DNA of 64,000 bases. It comes from Candidatus Latescibacterota bacterium (GTDB taxonomy: Bacteria > Latescibacterota > UBA2968 > UBA8231). Below the pieces are notes generated by a model that was not told where the DNA came from, did not search any database, and worked only from the letters and a program-made list of their open reading frames with translations. The DNA lies in the NCBI GenBank assembly GCA_965203175.1, contig OZ241867.1, positions 2,176,001 through 2,240,000 of the forward strand. The letters run 5' to 3'. This document shows positions 18,291 through 28,300 of this stretch, in pieces. The stretch's first letter is position 1, and each line of letters opens with the position of its first letter. Both the position numbers and the translations under genes were made by a program.

Positions 18291-18617
18291 CTATTCGCTG
18301 ACAGCTTTCAGGGCATCGTCTGCCGGGGCACCGGACAATTCCAGGATGTAGTCCGCCAGCGCGTCAATCGTGCGGAAGGGGCTCCGTCGGCGGGAAAACG
18401 CGTCCTCGCTGACCAGTGTTACGTCGATCTGGTGCTCTTCTTCGAGAATCGACTCGACGCTGGTAATGAGGGTCACCAGCCCCATGGAGTTGATAATGGC
18501 CTCGGAACCCAACAGCGGTGAGTCGCGGTTGACCTGCACGGACTCTTCCACGCCTTCTTCTTCAAGGGCGTCAGCCGCTAGGCCGATCATCAGCTCGATT
18601 AGCTCGTCTTTCTGCAT
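18291..18617 (-). CDS. Acyl carrier protein
   Basis: Acidic 108-aa protein, PLLG....INSMGLVTLI..VE (Ser attachment site in NSM), SPFRTI.ALADYI; AAAGGA RBS. Confidence 0.85.
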   Translation of the reverse strand: MQKDELIELMIGLAADALEEEGVEESVQVNRDSPLLGSEAIINSMGLVTLITSVESILEEEHQIDVTLVSEDAFSRRRSPFRTIDALADYILELSGAPADDALKAVSE

Positions 18618-18642
18618 GTTTTTTCCTTTTGTTGAATTAGTC

Positions 18643-20367
18643 TCAGGAGATGTCGTCCTCGGCACCAACCCCGCCAAAGCGCAAGGCCGCGCGAATCTTT
18701 ACCAGATCGCCGTTCTGGTCAAATCCCCGCAGGAAGTCGCCCTCAATCAGTCGGCCGATGACCTGCACGGGCGTGCCTTGACCCTTTAACTCCTTCAACT
18801 TCCCGGCCAGCTCTCGATAGCTCAGAGGATGGCTCTTCAGGCTCGCGAAGAGCCGGCGGTGGTTTTCGGTAAGGGCGTAGGTGGTCATGGTCCGACCGTG
18901 CTCGTCAGCGATGAAATGCTGACGCTCGAGCGCGAACGAAGTCGGATGGACCTTGAAGGATGGCACTAGCCGCACCTCGTCGGCAACCCAGGTGATGCGG
19001 ACCATCCGCCCGAAATCCTTCATCAGTTGGCTGGCCCAGCGCACCCGGCGCAGCGAGAGTTCGGTCTCGTCGAAATGGTCGGTGACCTCGTTTTTGTTGT
19101 GTTGCCAGAGGTCGGCCAAGGTAGCAGCGCGCGCCTCCAGCTCTTCAACGCCCTGTGCGCCAGCGTCCACCTGCTGGCCGGAGAGCGCGGTAAACCACTC
19201 CTTGCCAGCGAACCGGCTGTCTTCCGCCCCGGCGATTTTGCGCTGCCGCCAGAACGTGGAATCGAGTGCGGAGTTGGCAGAATAGAACGCGGCTAGAAAT
19301 TGGTGATAGCGGTTGTAGGCCTCTCGATAGGACTGTTCGTACCACTGGTGGATCTCGTCGGCGTCCTGGGGATTGCGGTACAAGTGATCAATACCGGCCG
19401 CGGCCATCATTGCCGAGTAGGTCGCCAGATGTACGCCCTGTGAGAACAGCGGGTCGATGAAGCAGGCTGAGTCGCCGCAGAGAAAGGCGCGGCCCAGCGA
19501 CAGCGAGGAGGCATCATAGGCCCACTCGCGTATAACCCGCACGTCTTCGCAGCGCGTGGCATTTTCTAGGATTTCCATCGCCAGTGGACACATCTCCAAG
19601 CACTGCTGGTAGAACGTCTCGATCCCGCTGTCGCGCATCCGGGCGCTGGCGGACTTGTCGGTTACTACCCCCACGCTGTAGATGTCGTCCTGCAATGGTA
19701 TGATCCAGATCCATCCTTCCGCGAACGCAACTGAGAATATGTTGCCGTCTAGGTCGCCTTGGAACCGCTTGCCGCCCTTGTAGTAGGACCAGACCGCCAT
19801 GTTCTGGAAGTACTGGTCGAACTGCCGCATTTTCAGCTTCTTGGCGATGATGCCACGGGACCCGGAGGCGTCGATGATGAAATCGCCCTCCAGCGTGCCA
19901 CTGGAGTCGCTGTTTTTCCAGCTCACGGCGACGGGACTGCCGTTGCCGTCGGTCTGTATGTCGGTGACTTCGTGCTCCTCGCGGACATCGGCACCGCGCT
20001 CGCGGGCGGCGTTCAGTAGGATCTGATCGAATTCAGCGCGGGTTACTTGGTAGGCGTGGTCGTACACCCAAGGAGCGGTCTTGGGCGTTGAGAAAGTGAA
20101 GGTCCAGGGAGTCTGCTCTGGGCCCCAGATGAACGTCGCGGCCCGCTTCTCGACGAAATTCGCCGCCTTGATGCGGTCCATCACCCTCAGCCGGGTCAGG
20201 ATCGCCATGGTTCCGGGCAGCAGCGATTCTCCCACTCGATAGCGGGGAAACTTCTCCCGCTCGAACACGACCACATCGCGTCCTAACTTCCGCAGACAGA
20301 GCGCGGCGATGCTGCCAGCGGGTCCGCCGCCGACGATCACAACCCGCTGCACTTTGTTATTTGACAT
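18643..20367 (-). CDS. CmlS-like FADH2-dependent halogenase
   Basis: GGGPAG, FPRYRVGESLLPGT, PWTFTFSTPKTAPWVYDHA.QV.R.EFD, WIWIIP, GDSACFIDPLFSQGVHLA and C-terminal LRFGGVG; end-to-end resemblance to chloramphenicol halogenase CmlS as recalled. Confidence 0.9.
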   Translation of the reverse strand: MSNNKVQRVVIVGGGPAGSIAALCLRKLGRDVVVFEREKFPRYRVGESLLPGTMAILTRLRVMDRIKAANFVEKRAATFIWGPEQTPWTFTFSTPKTAPWVYDHAYQVTRAEFDQILLNAARERGADVREEHEVTDIQTDGNGSPVAVSWKNSDSSGTLEGDFIIDASGSRGIIAKKLKMRQFDQYFQNMAVWSYYKGGKRFQGDLDGNIFSVAFAEGWIWIIPLQDDIYSVGVVTDKSASARMRDSGIETFYQQCLEMCPLAMEILENATRCEDVRVIREWAYDASSLSLGRAFLCGDSACFIDPLFSQGVHLATYSAMMAAAGIDHLYRNPQDADEIHQWYEQSYREAYNRYHQFLAAFYSANSALDSTFWRQRKIAGAEDSRFAGKEWFTALSGQQVDAGAQGVEELEARAATLADLWQHNKNEVTDHFDETELSLRRVRWASQLMKDFGRMVRITWVADEVRLVPSFKVHPTSFALERQHFIADEHGRTMTTYALTENHRRLFASLKSHPLSYRELAGKLKELKGQGTPVQVIGRLIEGDFLRGFDQNGDLVKIRAALRFGGVGAEDDIS

Positions 20368-20386
20368 GGCGGCTAACTCTCTCCTC

Positions 20387-21730
20387 CTAGCGTCGGATCT
20401 TTTTGAAGCGGTAATTAACCTGTCCTTCGGTGACCACTTTGACCTTCACCGGGAGCATGAACGGCTGCAGGCGTCCCTTGCAGTAATCGGCAATCTGCTT
20501 GCGCATTTGAACTCCTGACACTGTTTCTTCCATCTGTACAGTAGCAGTGACGACGTGGCCCATAAGCAGGTGTTCCTCGCCCTTTACGGATACGTCGATG
20601 ACCCCGTTCATCTCGGCGATGACCTGTTCCACCTCTGCGGGGTACACCTTCTGGCCACCGACGTTAATAATGTCCGACTGCCGCCCTAGGATGCGGTAAT
20701 AGTCGCCCTCCCGGATCACCGAATCTCCAGTGTCGAACCACCCGTCCGCGTCGAATGGACTGGGCGCGTTCAGGTATCCCAGCATCGACGATTGGGCTCG
20801 GATCTGCAGCCTGCCGTCCACAACTCGGGTTTCGTAGTCCTCACCGCCTATCTTCACCAGCAGCGAATCGCTGGATGCGGACTTGGAGCGCAGGATGCCG
20901 AGTTCGCTGAGGCCGTAGGTCTGTAGGAAGCGCGCTTGCGGAAACGCTTCGTTGGCCATCCTGAGCGTGTGCTCCGGCATCACCTCGGTGCCGTAGGTGA
21001 TCAAGCGGAGCGACGAAAGGTCGTGCGATTTGTGTGCCTCGGACAGCAGCATGAGGTTCAGGAACGACGGCGATGTCGGCAGCAGTTCCACTCGGTGTTT
21101 CTCGATGGTCCGGCAGACGCTGGCAATGCTGTGGTCGGCCGCCACCACCACGCAGCCAAGGTTGGCCAGGGTGTAGCAGAGCGTGTTGAATCCGCCGATG
21201 TGATCGAATAGGAGAAACGCGAGCGTCCTGTAGCAGTGTCGGGGTTTGCGGAACTTGTTGAGCAGTTCCGGCAAGCTGTGTAGAATCGCCTTCGGTTTGC
21301 CGGTGGAGCCGGAGCTAAAGAGTACCAGTCCCGCCTTGTCTGCCGCCCGTAGTTGCTCCATTAAGGGGTGGTTGCGCTGGTTTTCGAGCTTGATCGCGAT
21401 GCCTTGATCCTGCCTGTCTATCTCTACGCGATGATCGAGCTCGGCGATCTTGAAAAACTCCTGATGCTGGTCTTGCGACTCCCACGAAAGCGGCACGAGG
21501 ATGCAACGCATCTTCAGCAACGCCAGCAAGCAGGACACCGCGCCCGGCGAGAAGTCGGCTAGCACCCCCACCGAGTCCCCGGCGCGGATACCCGCCGCCT
21601 CTAAGTGGCTGAGCCACTGCTCGTAGCGATCAGTCAGCTCGGAATAGGTACAGGCGCGATCGCGCCAGATGATGGCCGGACGATCCCCGCCTTCCCGGAA
21701 ACGCCGTAGCTGCCAGTCGATATGCTCCAT
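20387..21730 (-). CDS. AMP-dependent acyl-CoA/acyl-ACP ligase (CmlK-like)
   Basis: LFSSGSTGKPK, TYGLSE, WFDTGD, GR.SDIINVGGQKVYP.EVE, terminal K(K).R. Confidence 0.88.
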   Translation of the reverse strand: MEHIDWQLRRFREGGDRPAIIWRDRACTYSELTDRYEQWLSHLEAAGIRAGDSVGVLADFSPGAVSCLLALLKMRCILVPLSWESQDQHQEFFKIAELDHRVEIDRQDQGIAIKLENQRNHPLMEQLRAADKAGLVLFSSGSTGKPKAILHSLPELLNKFRKPRHCYRTLAFLLFDHIGGFNTLCYTLANLGCVVVAADHSIASVCRTIEKHRVELLPTSPSFLNLMLLSEAHKSHDLSSLRLITYGTEVMPEHTLRMANEAFPQARFLQTYGLSELGILRSKSASSDSLLVKIGGEDYETRVVDGRLQIRAQSSMLGYLNAPSPFDADGWFDTGDSVIREGDYYRILGRQSDIINVGGQKVYPAEVEQVIAEMNGVIDVSVKGEEHLLMGHVVTATVQMEETVSGVQMRKQIADYCKGRLQPFMLPVKVKVVTEGQVNYRFKKIRR

Positions 21731-22182
21731 CCGTTAGGCCCCGCCGGAAATAAGCACAATCTGTGCCAATTTTTACAGCAAATGGCCAACTCTCTGCGGA
21801 TGAAGGAGTTAGGGGATATTTGGAAACCACAGTAGATTTTTGGGGTGTTGCAGAATGTGGCTGCCAACCGCTCAGGCGACCTCTTTTTCTGAGGAGGATA
21901 GTCTGCAACTGATTGTTTATTAAGGGTTTTATAAGGGAAGCAGAGCGTGCGGTGCAATTTGTAGCGCATGTTGCGTTTTGCAACGAATTATAAGGGAACT
22001 TGTCTGCGGACACTGGTGCAGGATATGCGCTATCCAGCCTCACTCGTCGCGGAGGAGTGCTTTCGTTCCCGCGAAGTCTTGCCGTTTTTTATTTCGCCTC
22101 TGTGTACGATATTAAGACCTTAACAGCGTCTCCTCCCAAGACGCCTTATTATGCCCATGACTAGGAACACCAAAAGACTTCC

Positions 22183-23223
22183 ATGAATAGCATGGATGAG
22201 CTGCCAGCGTTTCCCGAGGGATGGTATTTCGTCGCAAGCCGTGAATCCATTCTGCGAGAGAAACTGATCGAGAAGAAATGGCTGGGCGAGGAAATCGTCG
22301 TCTGGTGCGACGAGGCAGGCCGCGTCTGCGTGGCCGACGCGGTATGCCCGCACCTAGGCTCGCACCTAGGGCCGGAGGCCGGCGGTCAGGTATGCAACGG
22401 TCGCCTCGTCTGTCCGTTTCACGGGTTTGAGTACGATACGACCGGCCAATGCGTTGCGACTCCGAATGCCCCGGCACCTAAAGCAGCGAAACTGAAGGTA
22501 TACGAGACGCGAGAGATCCTCGGCATGGTCTTCGCTTGGTGGGGAAGCGGAGGCCGGCCCTCGCAGTGGGACCTGCCAACCGAGCCAACCACTGGACAAG
22601 AGTGGTGTGAACTAGGATTCAACGTACTCCGGTTCCGTGGACATCCCCAGGAAACAACCGAGAACTCCGTGGACCTGGGACACCTGCGCTACGTGCATGG
22701 TTACGACAATGTAAATCTAGTCGGTTCGGTAACGGTGGACGGCGCCTACCTGAAGAGTTGCTTCGACTTCAGACGGGTTCGAAAAATTGCCGGGACGAGC
22801 AGTATGTACGATTTATCGGCCGTCACCCATGTTTACGGACTGGGCTACTCCTTCGTCGAAATCCACGAGAAGACTATCGATATGAATGCGAGATTGTGGG
22901 TACTCGCAACGCCTATCGACCGCGGGCTGGTCGAGATGGTACTGGTGAGCCAGATGCGGGAAATCCGCAGGCCCCGGCGATTCATCTCAGGCTTGGGGTT
23001 TCTGCCGATGAAGCTGCGCCACAGGCTGATGAATCGCATTTGGATGTCACAACAGCAACGGGATGTCCTGCAGGATGTGGTGATCTGGGAACGGAAGCGG
23101 TATCGGCCTACCCCTAGGCTGTGCCGCGCCGACGGCCCCATAGGGAAATACCGTCGATATTGTCGGCAGTTCTATCCTGATCCGACGATTGCGACGGGAA
23201 GTGGGGAATCGATCGCCGACTAG
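22183..23223 (+). CDS. Rieske [2Fe-2S] oxygenase/desaturase, KshA/Neverland (sterol-acting) type
   Basis: FPEGWY, CPHLG..CPFHG, ENSVDLGHLRYVHG (D-x2-H-x4-H), QDVVIWERK.Y...P.LC.ADGPI..YRRY..QFY. Confidence 0.88.
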   Translation: MNSMDELPAFPEGWYFVASRESILREKLIEKKWLGEEIVVWCDEAGRVCVADAVCPHLGSHLGPEAGGQVCNGRLVCPFHGFEYDTTGQCVATPNAPAPKAAKLKVYETREILGMVFAWWGSGGRPSQWDLPTEPTTGQEWCELGFNVLRFRGHPQETTENSVDLGHLRYVHGYDNVNLVGSVTVDGAYLKSCFDFRRVRKIAGTSSMYDLSAVTHVYGLGYSFVEIHEKTIDMNARLWVLATPIDRGLVEMVLVSQMREIRRPRRFISGLGFLPMKLRHRLMNRIWMSQQQRDVLQDVVIWERKRYRPTPRLCRADGPIGKYRRYCRQFYPDPTIATGSGESIAD

Positions 23224-23244
23224 GCGGCGGGCGACGACGGTGCG

Positions 23245-25272
23245 TCAGACGGGCAGTTGGCGCTTCTGTTCGGCGATGTGAAACTTCAGCTTCTTGCTCG
23301 GTTTCAGCGATGGAAGCGGGCTGAACCGGAGCTTGTAGTTGGCGGGGGACACCTCGAGCGTAAAGTAATGCGCGATCAGCAGCACGTTGACAGCCAGTTG
23401 CAGTTCCATCCACCGCGAGCCGAGGCATGTGTGCGTGCCCAATCCGTACGGCGCGTACCCGGGACTGCGGTGCTCATTGCGTGGAGGCCGATAGCGATCA
23501 ATATCGAATGTGAAGGGGTCTGGGAAGACGTCGTCCATGTAATGGGGGGCCGTCTGGGCAATGTAGACCCGCGACCCCACTGGTAGTTCGTAGCCCTCGA
23601 CCACACACAAATTCATCACGTCGCGCATAGACATCGGGACAATCGGGTACATGCGCATGCACTCCATGAGGAAGCGGTGCGTGACGTCGATGGCGGATGG
23701 GGTGAAGGCTTCGCCATCTGGATCGCCGTTTTCAAACAGGGCATGGGCTTCACGGCGGATTCGGTCGTAGAGCGCAGGCTGTGAGGCCATGGCGTAAACG
23801 GCGAAGCTAAACGCATCGCCAAGGTACACGCTGGCAATCAGCGCGGCAGATAGGGCGAAGCGCAGGTTCGACTCCGGCACGAACTGCGGATCGCTCGCGT
23901 GTAGGCTTAGCCAGTCATCGGCAAGGTTGCGCGGGCAACCAGCCCGCTGGGTGGGCGTATGGACACTCTGGATCCGTTCCAGCAACGTGTCCACGGCTTT
24001 CGCCCGGCGTTTCATTCCCGGGGTTTTCAGCATGAATTTGGGCAGGGCCTTAACGACGTGCGTGCTGAGTGCTCGTTCCTTGTATTTTATTAGATCGTCG
24101 ATGATATCCTGCGTATCAACGCTGACGGAGAGGGGTGAGATTTGCGCGTTGATCATTAGTCGGCACAAGCGCGTTGCAGAGAAGGTGTCCCCAACCTTCC
24201 AATCCGCCATGTAACTACGGGCGTGATGGTAGAGTTGATCCAGCTGCGCTACCAGTCTCCCGCGTGAGTACGCCGGCCCCATAGCCTTGCGCAGCCGGAA
24301 GTGATCCGCGCCATCTAGAGAAGGCAATACTCCAGACGCACCATAGACTTTCTCGAAGTCGGCAAAGTAGTCCCGGGCTCTCAGATACATCCGCCCGTGC
24401 CGATGCACCCAGTGGTTTATCTGTGGCCCGGCGATGAAGATCATGGGTTTGGCAAACGGCGGACGGATCTCAAACACTGGGCCATACTTTTGTGTAAGCT
24501 CTGCTAAGAGCGCGGGAACGTTGCCGTCTCGCACATGGGGATTGAGCAGCAACTGACGTAGCGGGATAGCTGGAATTTGCTTGGTTAGGTGGGAACGTTG
24601 CAGTAACGGGCTGGCGATGTTTTGCTCGACCGCCTCGGCTATGGAGCGGCCGATCAAGTCCATCTGGCAGATGGACTTGATTCGCTCTTCGGCTTCGTCA
24701 TCAAGTTGGAATATGAAGCGAAAGACGTCGCACGTATTGACGAGGCAAATAACGATGATGTCTCTCGGAGTGGGTATCGCGTCGGTAAAGATATACCTCA
24801 TGATACGCAACTTGATAAACTCACCTGCTGTATCTTCTATGGAGTTGCTGTACAGTTCCGTCTGCCAGCCGGTACGAGCCAGCGTATAGAAATCGCCGTC
24901 GTGGTGATCCAGGATCTTCAGGCGAACCAAGCGGTCCAGTGTCAAATCAATGACTGACTCCGCACGGGGGGCGAGCCGTTCAATCCAGTACTGGGTGTTC
25001 TGTTGAACGGGTTCGCTTGCAATTTCTTTCAGAATGGGGTCTAAGACGGGGTTGCCCGTTTCGGTCTGGTCCACGAGGAACAGGGATTCCATGTCCGTGT
25101 CGATGCGCGACAGGAGGGAGAGCTCCGCGAGTACTGCGCCGACGACAGCGCAGTTCAAATCCCAGCCGGGTACTTGGTGAAAGTAGCCGTTCTCCTCGTT
25201 GAGGAGCAGCAGGATGAGCTCTTCGGGCAAACTGAGCGATTGGGTCGTCGAACTCTCTTTAGTAGCAGCCAT
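23245..25272 (-). CDS. GPP34/GOLPH3-domain - cytochrome P450 fusion
   Basis: N-terminal LSLPEELILLLLNEE.G...GAVLAELSL..RI...TGNPVLD.IL..I...WI.RL (GPP34); C-terminal ECMRMYP (ExxR), FDIDRY, YAPYGLGTHTCLG (heme Cys). Start at 25272 preferred over 25467, which overlaps the RND gene. Confidence 0.82.
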   Translation of the reverse strand: MAATKESSTTQSLSLPEELILLLLNEENGYFHQVPGWDLNCAVVGAVLAELSLLSRIDTDMESLFLVDQTETGNPVLDPILKEIASEPVQQNTQYWIERLAPRAESVIDLTLDRLVRLKILDHHDGDFYTLARTGWQTELYSNSIEDTAGEFIKLRIMRYIFTDAIPTPRDIIVICLVNTCDVFRFIFQLDDEAEERIKSICQMDLIGRSIAEAVEQNIASPLLQRSHLTKQIPAIPLRQLLLNPHVRDGNVPALLAELTQKYGPVFEIRPPFAKPMIFIAGPQINHWVHRHGRMYLRARDYFADFEKVYGASGVLPSLDGADHFRLRKAMGPAYSRGRLVAQLDQLYHHARSYMADWKVGDTFSATRLCRLMINAQISPLSVSVDTQDIIDDLIKYKERALSTHVVKALPKFMLKTPGMKRRAKAVDTLLERIQSVHTPTQRAGCPRNLADDWLSLHASDPQFVPESNLRFALSAALIASVYLGDAFSFAVYAMASQPALYDRIRREAHALFENGDPDGEAFTPSAIDVTHRFLMECMRMYPIVPMSMRDVMNLCVVEGYELPVGSRVYIAQTAPHYMDDVFPDPFTFDIDRYRPPRNEHRSPGYAPYGLGTHTCLGSRWMELQLAVNVLLIAHYFTLEVSPANYKLRFSPLPSLKPSKKLKFHIAEQKRQLPV

Positions 25273-25355
25273 CAGCTTTGGCTTCCCTGCATTATACCTC
25301 AATACAATAAGGCCATATTCCCTTATATAACTTTCCGGCTTAGGGGAAGCAAGTC

Positions 25356-28300
25356 TTATTCTGAGTTGAAACCAGAACTGCCGCGCGAAGCAATCAGACG
25401 CAGATGGATGGTCGAAAGAGCGGGAACGACCATCATAAGTATGGCCGTGACAAAGAGAATGCCGCAACCGAGCGATGCGGCAAAGGGGATCAGGAACTGG
25501 GCCTGAATGGCGCGTTCTAGAATGAGGGGTGTGAAGCCGAGGAAAGTAGTCACGGAAGTGAGCATAATCGGACGAAAACGTCCCTTAGCGCCCTCTATGA
25601 TCGCAGTGCGCACCGGGGTGCCTTCCCTGAGTTTCTGATCGATGAAGTCGATCATGACCAGGGAATCGTTCACTACCACGCCGCTTAGGCCGAAGATACC
25701 CATAAAGGATACCGCGCTCAGGGCTACTCCGAGGACCCAGTGCCCTAGGATCACTCCGATGAACCCGAATGGGATGACGGCCATGATGATGAACGGTTTG
25801 GTATAGGAGCGGAGAGGGATGGCAAGCAGCACGAAAATCATGATCAGGGCAATCGCAAATCCGCGACGCAGCGCACCTAGGGACTCGAGTTGCTGTTGTT
25901 GTTCACCGCCAAATGTATATGTCAGGTCCGGGTGCAAGGCGGTCAAGTCCGCGAGGATCGAATTGGCCAGGATGCTGTTGGCTTCGTCGCCGGAAATCAC
26001 GGAAGGGTCCACGTCCGCGGTGACCGTGACGACGCGCTGACCATCCTTCCGGGGAATGGCCGGCGGCGACATGCCCGAGTTGAGCGAGGCCACACTCATA
26101 ACCGGGACCTCGGCCCCGCTCGGCGTACGGAGTAGGTACCCTTCGACATCGGTGATGGAATTCCGCTCATCAGCGGGCAGGCGCACGTAAACCCGGACCT
26201 CTTCCCGGCCGCGCTGCACCCGGACGGCCTCTGCGCCGAAGAACGCGGCACGCGCTTGTCCGGCCAACTCTTCAAGCGTGAGACCGAGGGTCCGCGCCTC
26301 CGGTCGCAGTTCGAGCTGAACTTCTGGGATGCCCGGGGTGTGATCCGAGCGCACGTCGTAGACGCCTCCTATTCCACGGAGACCATCGACCACGGAGTCC
26401 GCGATCTGGACGAGGCGCTCCGGGTCTGGATGGGAAAGCACGGCCTCGACAGGGTTGCCTAGGTCGATGACTTTGCCGCTGAAGGTGATGCCGCGCACGT
26501 AGGGCAGCACACCCACTTCCTCCCGCCATGCCTGCGCGAAGTCTACGGTGGAGATCTCTCTTTGCCGCGCGCCTAGGAGCTTGAATTCGATGGTGGCGAC
26601 ATTGGCTTCCGGATTGAGGGTTGGCTCCGGATTAAGCCCCCCGCCCTGGACTCTTGGCCGCTGTCCGACGATCGCGGTTACACCGGTCAGCAGCGGAGGC
26701 GCATCTTCGGGCCGGTTGCGCGAAATTCGTTCGATAACCCGGTGGCCTGCGGCCTCCAGTTCTTTCGCCACCTCGTACGTCTGCGGCGCGGTCGCCCCAT
26801 CGGGCATCTCCAGAGTGACCGTTGCGAAATCCCCCTCGACGTCAGGGGCCAATGTAGTAGGGACGATACCCGCCCAAATCAGGGAGATACTCAACACGAG
26901 TATGCCCACGGCCCCCGCCATCGTTACCACGGGCTGGTCCGTCGCGAACCGCAGCGCCCGATCTAGAGGGCCTTGCACGAACCTGTTTAGCAGCACGTCC
27001 ACGCGACCCTGGATTCGTGCGAAGAACCGATCGAAAGCGTTTGTTGGCACCCATTCCGGGCCGTGCAAATGGGACAGGTGGTTGGGCAATACCAGCAGCG
27101 ATTCGACCAGAGAAATTAGCAGGATGGCGATCATGATGATCGGTAGTGCCCGCCATGACTCACCGATACCACCGGGGATGAACAGTAGCGGGACGAAGGC
27201 CACCACCGTAGTGAGGACTGCGAATGTCAATGGGACTTTTATCCGACGTGCGCCGCGGACCGCAGCCACGATCCCGGGTGTTCCCCGCTTGCGTTCGTAT
27301 TGGATGTGCTCGGCTACGACGATGGCATCGTCGACGATAATACCTATGGCGAGGATAAACGATAACAGGCTTTGGGCGTAGATCGCGACGTCGAGTACCA
27401 ACATGGCCGCCAGGGCGCCGATGCCCGAAACGGCGAGGCCGACGGCGACCCACAGGGCAAGCCGGATTTCGAGAAACAAGCTAAGTGCGATCAACACCAG
27501 CAACAGGCCCAGAATACCGTTCTTGAGCAGAATATCGGCGCGTTCCTCGTAGTCTTGGGATTCGTCATTCCAAATGGTGATGCCTACCCCGTCTGGCAGA
27601 GCCGGGATTACCTCGTTCGCCAAGTGCTCTCGGACGGTTGTGGCGACATCCATCACATGTTCACCATCAGCCCGGTAGACCTCGACGAATACCGCGGGAT
27701 GGTTCTGATGCCGGACAATCAGGTCGGTTTCCTGAAAACCGTCGCGAACCTCGGCGATATCGCCAAGGCGCAAAACCGTGCCGTCAGTGCCTGTGAGAAG
27801 GACGATCTCTTCGAAATCCTGTTGGTCGTAGTTCTGGCCGAGGGTCCGGACCCGCACTTGGGATTCCCGGGTATCGATACTGCCGGCAGACAAATCGAGG
27901 GAACTGCGACGAATCGTGTTGGCGATGTCGGTGAGTGTAAGTCCAAGGGCTCTTAGCCGATGGAGCGGCACCTCGATAGAGATTTCGTATTTCCGCACTC
28001 CACTGACCTCGACCTGGGACACGGAGGGAAGCGCCGTCAGTTCATCCTCGATCTGGTGCGCCAATTCCTTCAGCGAGCGCTCAGATACATCGCCATAAAC
28101 AATAAGCCGTATCATGCTCTGACGATTGGTCATCTCCTTGAATTGGGGACGTTCGGCTCTGGCTGGGAAAGACTGTATGCGATTGACGGCAGACTCGATA
28201 TCGTCCAACGCCTGCGCCATGTCCGTACCGGAATCCATTTGAATTCGGACGGATGCTATACTTGGTGCCGCTACGGACTTGACCGCCTTTACGTCATCCA

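Noticed and set aside
25273-25467. Longer start for the P450 fusion
   Set aside because: Overlaps the RND gene end and adds no recognisable sequence.
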